This document shows, piece after piece, positions 10,478-20,000 of a stretch of DNA of 20,000 bases. The DNA lies in the NCBI GenBank assembly GCA_021432655.1, contig MU271411.1, positions 50,210-70,209 of the forward strand. Reading direction: 5' to 3'. The number at the start of each line of letters is the position of its first letter. Position 1 is the stretch's first letter. The DNA is from Atractiella rhizophila (lineage: Eukaryota). A program made the position numbers and the translations under genes. The notes beneath the pieces were generated by a model that worked only from the letters and a program-made list of their open reading frames with translations, searched no databases and was not told the origin of the DNA.

Positions 10478-10956
10478 ATCGTACTGCAAAATGTTCTTGT
10501 AACTGTACCAGAAGAAATCGTAGGAAGAAGTCGAAATTTGGAGGATACCTTAGTTTGGCAACAAGAGTTAGCCCGCCCGAAATTTTTCCACCTCCGCAGG
10601 TTGAAGTGGCATTTTTCGCCTCTGAACAACATATCATCAACCTCATGAATGAGACCGTAGCTTCTCCAGTCGCTGTTTCTTCGGAGAAGACAAACACTGA
10701 GGCAAACGCAAACAAGCGGTACCTCTGCCGCTCAGGCCCTCCGCATCTCTGGCGTCGTAGTGAATCATTTCCTGGACCAGAAGTTAGGTTCGGAAAGAAT
10801 GGAATGTGTTAAACGACTTTTGCGCCACATTTGGTTCTAGTTAGAGTTTGAACCTGGCTTCCTACCATCTGCCCGTTTCTCCTTTCTGTTGGAATTCTGT
10901 CTCAAGCAGAACCACCACCACCATCTGTCTCCTTTCCTCTCGTAACATACCTCTCT

Positions 10957-11196
10957 TAGTCTCGAACCAGCTTTTGTGTGAGGTGGAAATGGTGGTGGGT
11001 GGTGGTGGGTCACGTGCTCCGCCAAACTATCTTACCTAATAATTCGACCACCTTTTCCACCTCACTTAGTCTGGTCCTACCTCATAGAGGGAAAAGGGAG
11101 AAACTCAGAACTTGAATTTTTTTCAACTCAACCACATGTCTGTCCCTCAGTTTTCCTTATTGAGCCTGCAGTACAATTACAATCCGAGTTTTTAGG
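10957..11196 (+). repeat. Left long imperfect terminal inverted repeat of the Academ element
   Basis: Blocks TAGTCTCGAACCAG, GTCTGGTCCTAC (11069-11080), TTTTTTCAACTCAACC and CCGAGTTTTTAGG have inverted counterparts at 15571-15584, 15494-15505, 14526-14542 and 14464-14476. Confidence 0.8.
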
Positions 11197-11589
11197 TGCA
11201 TTCTCTAATTCCTACTGATTAATTTTCCTTCTCTTTAGCTCTCACAAAACCGAATTTTGCACAGAGTGAACGAGAGTGTGATGCGTTCCAACCACGCATG
11301 TAGAAGCTACCAAATTTGGCATGCGTGCTCAATAGGATCTATTGAAAGACTTCCAGAGGACAGGATATGTTTTGGAACATAGAATTTTCCTCGCTTTCTG
11401 ACTTCTGCCTTTTACTTACCTCAAGTAAAGTTGTTGATTGCATTTCGTGTTCACTGTTCTTTTTTGATGTTCTGAATTTAATGTCTCAGTTTCAGGGTCT
11501 TGAATGTTGTTTGGGATTCTGTCACACTTTTTGTAGGTTTACCATATTGCAATCCATGTGAAATCTTTACTCTTCTACATCTGTACCTT

Positions 11590-12840
11590 TGCAACCATGA
11601 GAGCCTGCATCGACATCAGCACTGGAGTAGTGCCCTGATACAATCCGACATGCTATTCTGCACGACGGCGATGACACGTTCTGCCATCACCTTCCCATCA
11701 CATCCCGATGTGTTTGACTTGCCACCCAACCACACCATTGTTTCCTTCGTCTGGGAACATTGCTACACTGCCAACTGAGTTTCAGACGTGAGGGCACTGT
11801 ACACACGAAAGTAAGCAGATGGACGCACCTCTCTGCACTGGGTTTCGGCTGAGTCCAGACGCTGAGCCGTAATTTCGACCTATTGAAAGAAGCGTTCAGC
11901 GTCAATCTGCCTTTCCCATTCGCATCAGCTGCAATATGACCCGTGATTAAGACTCCTACATCTGGTCAGAGGCTTGGTTCAAGCTTGACACTAGTTGCCA
12001 CAGATTGTCACTGAACGAGTGTTGATCTGTGCACAGCCGTTGAGGTTCGACAAAGTCTGAAAAGCTTCTCCCTCTTCTGTCTGCAGTTGCTTCTGCCCTG
12101 GTCGTGTTTGTTAGCATCTCCTTAAGGGAATGCATATCAATGACTTAGAGAAATAAAATATAGAATCATTTTTCTGGAGGGGTCATTTTCAGTGAACCAC
12201 CTTCACCGGTGTCTTCATTCATGTCGATATTAATTTCTGCAATGTTATCGCTTTGAAAGAAATCAGAGGAGGATGAGACTCGAACCCAGGAGCTGTAGAA
12301 CCAGTTTAGAAGAACTTGAGGGAATGACAACTGAGATAACGGTGCTCACCTGTTTTCTCATGATGCAACCACGTCTTTGTACCAGAGGGTTCAAATGACT
12401 TCAAAAGAATCAAAGTAGCTTAAATAAGCATTCTTCGTCCATTCCTCAATCCCCTGACTCCCTCATCAGTTGCAATAATGCGCGTTTGTCTCACTGTTCT
12501 ATCTGTTTCTATCATTGTTCAGTACTGTCCAAATATTTCAAGCAGCGATTCTTCGTTGCATCATTTATAACCTATCCATTCCAACATATGCCATTCCGTC
12601 AAAGTTACCACATCTTTAACTCTATCGGCAAGTTCATAAAATGTTCAATGATGTCTCTACGATTTTTCATCATTACACTCTTCTATAATATCACTTGAAT
12701 TTGTTTTGTTACTCTTCCAATTGACAAGTAAATCCTCAACGCAATCCTTTACGTTCATATATGTTTTTGTTGTATTTTGTTTGTCGCTCTTCCCATCAAA
12801 CAGCTCATTGATAAGTGAAAGGTTTTACATAACCCAAAGC
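11590..12840 (-). pseudogene. Decayed spliced cargo gene inside the Academ element
   Basis: A series of phase-consistent GT-AG introns (e.g. 12293-12349, 12098-12200). One frame (LINELFDGKSDKQNTTKTYMNVKDCVEDLLVNWK...FYELADRVKDVVTLTEWHMLEWIGYK...) is broken by about 11 stops, mostly TGA (12645, 12561, 12519, 12219). No recognised family. Confidence 0.45.
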
Positions 12841-13037
12841 TGAAATCACAATGAAATGATATAGATTAAACAGTACTATCAGACAAACAGGATGTACCAA
12901 CATCAAACAGGCAAGGTTCATACAGTGAGTTGTGCTTTGGATAACTTCGTCTAATTGCAACGTTGCAGGTATACACAGGTAGATATTGGTGCTTACGGTC
13001 GTTTGTGCAAGCTGAGGATGGCGAACTTTGCTTTGTA

Positions 13038-13671
13038 CTATAGAGCGAGGTGTGGGTTGTTGCACTTTGTAGTCGAAATAGAGGATGAAAGAAATGAATA
13101 ATTAACTATTGCTTTGTTCGACTACAAAGCGCAAGACCCCGCTGAGAAAGGACGAAGCGCTCACCCTAACCGACGAGGATTTGGATAGTACGCTCTATAG
13201 ACTTGGAGGAAGCAAGGGGACGGTGGGTGCGACTTAAAAAGAGGACACGTATGAAGACTGCTCGCGAGTGAGGAGCAGCAGAACTGAGCGTGAGGCGATG
13301 GTCGACTTTGCTTGCAAGCAAAGTAAGCGCCTCACGTGCACAAACGCAACTTTCGCTTCTTTGTGCCTCACTTCACTACTTATGGTCTAGTTAATGCGTT
13401 GCAGTTAGCTCGAGACAGGCGCTGTAAGGTGGCAACAGCTGTATGCATTACAATGACAAGGTAGTTGGCAGGTTGAGACTTACGGTGTAAGCCTACAACA
13501 GCAGTGTGCATTGCATAGACGGATAGGTTGACAGAAGCCAACTGGCGTTGTGAGGAGAGTGGATCCGTACACGGATCCACTGCGACAATGTGCGCAGTCG
13601 TCATCGACAGAACGGGGCCGCCTAGCCGAAATTTTGGTCCGTGTCCAGATTTTCAAAATTTGGCCGGACAC
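13038..13671. repeat. Cluster of inverted repeats and palindromes in the middle of the Academ element
   Basis: 10-bp IR 13038-13047/13191-13200 enclosing an 18-bp IR (17/18) at 13060-13077/13117-13134. Perfect 20-bp palindrome 13305-13324 inside a 9-bp IR. 11-bp IR at 13558-13581. Degenerate ~63-bp tandem pair at 13421-13535. Confidence 0.85.
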
Positions 13672-14560
13672 AGGAGATTTTCAGTTGGCAGTGTAGATTA
13701 GACAGGATCCAATTCATGAAGGAACCGATGCTGACGATGGAGATGGAACGTAGGGAGGGATGGGTCATCTGCTTTGCCGGGCAGATGTCGGAGAGAAGAG
13801 ACAATAGAAAGGGCATTGATGTGGAAAGATAGGAGAAGGGCTGGTGTGGATGGGAGGTGTGAAGATATGGGGAGGGAGTGGTTGGATGACGTTTGAATTG
13901 TCGTGACGGCATGATGGCATGGCAGTGTGGTGGATGTCAGTTGTTGCTTGGACTGACCCCGTTATCCATGCTATGCTACTGCAATCCAACGTCAGTCGAG
14001 AAGAAATGTGCATTCCTCATTGACTTGAACAACTCACAATTTCTCCAAAAACCAAGTGAGAGGGCCAAAGGAGGTCTTGAAACTGTGTACTGGGGCTGGA
14101 GAAGGGATGGGAAGGTGTCTGTGTTGCTAGTCACCTGTTTTCCAATGGAACCGTCTTGAGGCTAGGAGTTGGCCATCCTGTGGAGAGGACACAGCGTTAA
14201 GATAGTAGCCAGGCATGCTGAGAGGCGGCGGATGTCAGAGGAGGAGGCTCACTATGTTCAGGGGAAGGGGTGTTCTCAGTCGTTTCGATCTTCCTGACTT
14301 CATGCCACTTTAGACAGAAAGAAGATGTCCTAAGAAGTTGTTCCAATCCATTGTGCAACCTTCTAAAGGCAAAATGAGCAAAATATAAATGATTTGATGC
14401 ATGGAAGCTCAGCTTGTATAACCCCACCAATTCAAATATTTTAAGCTGGAACTGAAAGCTAGCCCTGAAAACTCGGGTTTGTAAAGTGTGAGAGCTGGAG
14501 CAGCTGTTGCGGGGAAGGTACACGAGGTTGAAGTTGAAAAAAGATTCCACTTTTTGATTT

Positions 14561-15469
14561 TGTCAGGCTTGCCCCTACACATTACCGAAATGCACCATGT
14601 GAAGTCACATAACCTACTTTACCACATCATAGGATCACGGGTCTACCCATCGCCGCTTTGTACATACCCGCGCTGTCCACCGCTTTCCCTTTTCTCACAC
14701 GAATCGCCACTCAGCAAACCTTATACATTTCGCCGGTCTGCACCATCCCCATTTTTGTCTTGTCATCCCTTCTCACTAGTATTGCTCAGTATATCTTATT
14801 TCCGATTATTCCCTTTATTGCTTTCCTGATCTAGCTATCCTACATGTTTCAAGAAACATATGTTACAGTTTATGGCAGTGCCTTTACATGTGTATATATA
14901 CTTTGAGATGTAGTGATGGTGACCTTAGAGTATTCTCTTAGGTTTACTGTTAGGGCTGACACTATGTGCGGTCGCTGATGGGCGATGTGTCTGTAGTGGA
15001 GATAAACCTAAGAGCATGATATGACATGAAGACTAACCTGTAGTGGAGATAAACCTAAGAGAATACTCTAAGGCTCCAATACTCTCCGATCTATATATAC
15101 AAGCGGAATAGCACTGCCACAGAGTGTAGAGAAGAGCAGATGAAACATGTAAGAGAACTAAAATGGAGAAGTGACAGTGGGATTACGCGGAGTTAATAAG
15201 AGGAGGATAGGCACAATTGGGCTAAGTGGTGATGTAGGCGCGAATAGGTGACGGGAGATGCAGAGTGGTAAACGGGCGCCGATTCGCAGGGAACGCAAAT
15301 GGGCGATAGGAGACACAATCCGGCGAACGGGTGCCGATTTGCGTAAGATGTAAACCTGACATTTACCTCCACTACAGGTTAGTCTTCTCATGTTATACTA
15401 TTCTCTTAGGTTTACCTCCACTGCAGACGCATCGCCTGTCGGCGACCGCACATAGTGTCAGCCCTAACA
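14561..15469 (+). mobile_element. Solo LTR (outer, about 490 bp once the nested LTR is removed)
   Basis: Starts TGTCAGG and ends CCTAACA. 5-bp TSD GATTT at 14556-14560 and 15470-15474. TATATATA box near 14893 suggests plus orientation. Confidence 0.88.
14948..15361 (-). mobile_element. Solo LTR (inner, 414 bp), related family, inverted inside the outer LTR
   Basis: On the plus strand it starts TGTTAGG and ends CCTGACA. 5-bp TSD TTTAC at 14943-14947 and 15362-15366. Its reverse complement aligns to the outer LTR. It has an internal 24-bp direct repeat CTGTAGTGGAGATAAACCTAAGAG (14991-15014, 15038-15061). Confidence 0.9.
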
Positions 15470-16206
15470 GATTTCTCTGGTTTCCCACTACGAGTAGGAC
15501 CAGACCAAGCTGAGTGGAATTGATGCCAATAATTTCATAATCAACCACATGATTCCACTCAGCAACAGGTCTGGTTCGAGACTATACCTCTCTGCCAGCG
15601 ATTCAGTTTCAAGCTTGTTAATAGACATTCAATTGGAGTCGACACCGATTGTGAAGTCAAACTAAGGAGTTGGAAATCAGATACACAAATTCGGTGCGTC
15701 TACGAAGCCTACAGGAAGGAGAGGATGGAAGGTTTTCACAGTGGCGTTGTTCTCATATAATTGAATGGATTACCTATTTTTCGGTAATAGAATGCTAGAT
15801 TTGATTAACCTGCCCTGGTTTGGATTGCATGTGAATGGAATGCGGAAGGGGGATCATTCCATTCATGCTTTTACATCCTTGACCAGAAGATAAGAACTCA
15901 CTGTGCCTTTTAATTTGTATGCAAAATGAGGCTCCCAGTAAAATAACTTGAAACGTATAAATCATCTCCGCCTTCACCCCACCGCACCTCCTGACAGGAG
16001 AACTCATCATCTTCTTTGTTTTCGTTGCGCTCACCCATTGAAAATGGCAAGATATTTTAGCACCACGTGACGTAGAACGTGAAATTCTCCGAAGTAGGAA
16101 ATGCTGACCAATCTTGGGCAGTAGATTATCTTTGTGATATCTCCCATTTTGCACAGTCGTCAGGTCGTGTGCCTTCTCATCTGCTCCCAACACAGCGAGA
16201 ATTGAG

Positions 16207-17412
<1,206 letters not shown>

Positions 17413-17790
17413 GAACTCATGGGACTTAAACTCGAATGTTTCGACAGACAATTGAAGCTGGATACTGCATGGGCTTTCTGTTGTAGAAATGCTTGAAATT
17501 GGGATTACTGATGAGGTATTCGATGGAGAGTACAACTGTACACATTTTCCTTAAGAACACAATCTAGATTGAAAGAATAAGCGGATATGAGCGAAGGGGA
17601 TGAAAATTTGCGAGAGCGATAATGCAACATACAAGTGACGCAGAGAATCCATGTAGAAATTGAAGTGTTAGGCCGTATGAGTTGGAGTTGGAAGGAAGTG
17701 GGGTGATGCGTGCGACTGATGAGCAAACTTGGACAAAACGAAAAGCAAGCAATCAATAATCAATTATCGATCCAAAAGCGATCCATTGAT

Positions 17791-20000
17791 TTAGCCAATG
17801 TGTGTAGTGGCAAAGAACCTCACGACCTCCCAAAACTTGGGCAGCATCTCTTCCCCCTCCTCCACCTGGATGCCCTCCGCGCGCACATCGCTCTTCAATC
17901 CTGCGCCTTTCCTCTCGCGATTCAAGGCTGCCAGACCATTCCACTTCCCTACCAAATCTCGCCGTAGCTTCTCCACCGTCACCCCTTCCTCACGGAACTT
18001 GTCGCCAAAGATTTTATTCTGGAACATCACCAACACATTGATCGCTAAGCAGGAGGTAACGGGAAGTATTGGATCGGATGACAGAGAATAGGCCAGAATG
18101 AGAGATGTTGCCGGAGGGACAATGGGACGGGATGGAGTGCGCCAACGCCAAACGGAAGAGTGAAAAGAGTGAATGTTCGTTATTGTGCCCATGAAGGGTA
18201 GATGCATGACGATGTTCCGTCGTGCGTTCGTGTCGATTAGCTGCCCTTTGCAGAGGGCTTCGCGTTTTTGGTTGGGAGGAGGGATCTCGGCAATATCTGA
18301 GTCGGCTGGACTTGTGGAGACTTCTTCTAGCAACTGACGCTGGCGTAGAACTGAGAAATGAGGAAACGATGTTTCATCAACTGAGACGAGGGTGAGATGG
18401 GCCGGCCGGTCGTAGATCGTGAAATCTTTGGATTTCGAGAAACTAATCCAAGCTTCACACAATTTCAGTTCCTGCCACCATATTAGAGAGAACGTAAGAG
18501 CATTCATACCTTTCATTTCCGGCCATCCTAGCTCCTCCGCCCTTCTTACAATCGCAATAGTCCTCCAAGCAGTATTGCTATTCTCCAGTGCATTAGCTCG
18601 GATCGTCTTCCACACCGTCTCCACCCTCTCTCTCTCTTGAGTTAGCTTCTTCTTCACAGCCACTCCATCTTCATTGTACGACAACCAGCTCTCGCCTTCC
18701 ACCCGGCAGACAGAAAAGTCTCTTCCTTCTCCTCGGTCGTCCTCCCAACAGACGAGCAACCTTTCTACCAACTTGCCATCTTCAGTATTTTTCGTCTCTT
18801 CATTGACTGTGTCCTTGACGGAAGGCAGAAAGCAGTAACCGACAAATAACACTCGCCCTTCGTTCATGTGGACTCCGCTTGGCGCTGTAGGAACGAGCTT
18901 CTTGAGAAACGGTCTCGTCCGTTCTCCGAAAACTGAAGCCAAGTTTGCGTCGTCTTCTGATAGGGTGAAAGAAGGGTGATAGAAATAACGCAAATGTTCA
19001 GCTTTATCCAGCTTCGCCTTTGCAGACTCGTCCTCCGCTATTCGTGGCCCATCCTCCGTATCCTCCGTCAGGTCTATGATTTCTCGTGGACGAGTTTCGA
19101 CGACGAGGGGAACAAGCCGTTTGGGACTATGTCGCCAAACTGGCATGTAGATCTGATCGTAAGTATTGAAAGACAGATGACGGAACCTAGCTGCCGCAGA
19201 TGGAGGCATGGGACCATCTGTTGCGACGCCGCTGAGACTTGTGATGAAGGTCGAACGATCAATGATGTGGATGTGAACCTTAGTCTTTGCGCCAATCAGT
19301 TTACGAATTTGAAGTGTAAGATCCACGACACCGGTCCCGCTCAGAACAAATATTACAGCAGAAGAGGATTTTGGGGTCGTAGTAGAAACATTGGTACCTG
19401 CGGGTGATGGCTCAGGATGAACAACCATGGGTGATAAATACTTACAGAGGTCAGTCAGATACTTAATTCGATCTGGAGTATCATAGGAAGGAAGCATAGC
19501 GACACTGTTGCTAGAAAAGGGTTGGAGGTCACCAAGGTATGAGTCCTGAGAATTTGTGAGGATTAACATAACCTAACTTATTCGAACACGCACACTATAG
19601 ACTTGCGCTAATTCATCGAGCCAGGCTGACCCTTTTGACTTCAGGGCTAAATCTGCTGGCTCCAGCAATAAGAGCGCATTGATAGTCTTTGCACCATAAA
19701 CTGGTTCTAACTGAATGTTCTCCCAGAACCGCAAAGACACAGCAGAAAGCTTGACCGTCCAACCTTGATGACAGACATTGATCCTCGGCGCCTCCGTGAA
19801 CACAAATTGGTTTGCTTGATTGACAGATGCAGGAGAAATGAATGGACTACATGAATGTACCGCCAACAGCTGAACCGCGTGCAATGATGATGGAACGGAA
19901 ACTGTAACAAGAGATATAAGACAAAGGAGGAAGCTGACAAGTGACGTACCAGACTCAGAAATGGATGGGGATGGGAATACATTGTCAGTTGCAAATAAAT
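17791..20000 (-). CDS. SSN2: Mediator kinase-module subunit Med13, 3' portion (gene starts beyond the window)
   Basis: Med13-like motif SLRFWENIQLEPVYGAKTINA, then LFVGYCF, LLVCWEDDRGE and WRTIAIVR...EMKAW, and a C-terminal 'LAAL...LP' pattern. Introns at 19902-19949, 19546-19593 and in-frame 18453-18509. Confidence 0.82.

Larger units (their letters stand above)
10957..15584. mobile_element. Academ (AcademH-type) DNA transposon, non-autonomous or decayed, 4628 bp including nested LTRs
   Basis: Perfect 14-bp terminal inverted repeat TAGTCTCGAACCAG (10957-10970) / CTGGTTCGAGACTA (15571-15584). Exact 9-bp TSD TACCTCTCT at 10948-10956 and 15585-15593. Degenerate inverted similarity continues for about 240 bp. 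TAG...CTA termini with 9-bp TSD match what I know of AcademH. No transposase or helicase recognised. Confidence 0.85.
14464..15584 (-). repeat. Right long imperfect terminal inverted repeat, split by the solo-LTR insertion into 14464-14560 and 15470-15584
   Basis: Removing 14561-15474 restores a sequence collinear with the reverse complement of the left TIR. Confidence 0.75.

Noticed and set aside
10529..10594. Weak inverted similarity to 10980-11048
   Set aside because: Only short scattered words and no TSD; the partner is already explained as the Academ end.
11405..11450. U1 5' end (TACTTACCT) or U5 loop (GCCTTTTAC)
   Set aside because: No U1 stem-loop I or U5 stem. It reads as a GTAAGT donor on the minus strand.
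12265..12295. tRNA T-arm / B-box (GGTTCGAGTC, minus strand)
   Set aside because: No cloverleaf or A-box; it lies in a cargo-gene exon.
7909..12840. Genome-wide TGA reassignment (the four conserved genes end in TAA/TAG)
   Set aside because: No in-frame TGA occurs in any conserved gene, and the cargo gene also has TAA/TAG stops. CpG decay is the simpler explanation.
13163..13171. Telomerase-template-like ACCCTAACC
   Set aside because: A 9-mer of this kind is expected about once by chance in 20 kb, and it sits inside a transposon.
11085..14577. hAT-like element with TAGAG/TAGGG ends
   Set aside because: No TSD. The similarity is the inner part of the longer Academ TIRs.
14947..15470. MITE with ~105-bp TIRs (TAGGGCTG, hAT-like)
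   Set aside because: No TSD at these ends. The pattern is fully explained by two nested inverted solo LTRs, each with a 5-bp TSD.

Overview
Intron-rich eukaryotic DNA. Short GT-AG introns of about 45-60 nt with CTRAC/CTRAT branch sites point to a basidiomycete-like fungus (inference). Four conserved genes are present: eIF2B-epsilon (GCD6, minus strand) with an unusual ~700-aa acidic C-terminal extension; proteasome RPN10 (plus strand), head-to-head with GCD6; uracil phosphoribosyltransferase FUR1 (plus strand); and the 3' part of Mediator MED13/SSN2 (minus strand). Between RPN10 and FUR1 lies an accessory block. It holds a divergent pair of orphan genes, one carrying three in-frame TGA codons, and a 4.6-kb Academ/AcademH-type DNA transposon (10957-15584) with TAGTCTCG...CGAGACTA ends and a perfect 9-bp TSD. 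The transposon carries a decayed spliced cargo gene and a palindrome cluster. Its right terminal repeat is split by a solo LTR, which itself contains a related solo LTR in the opposite orientation; each LTR has its own 5-bp TSD. GCD6 and RPN10 each have one oversized 5' intron (456 and 750 nt), and the RPN10 one appears strongly structured and is a candidate intronic ncRNA. All exon models were built by hand.
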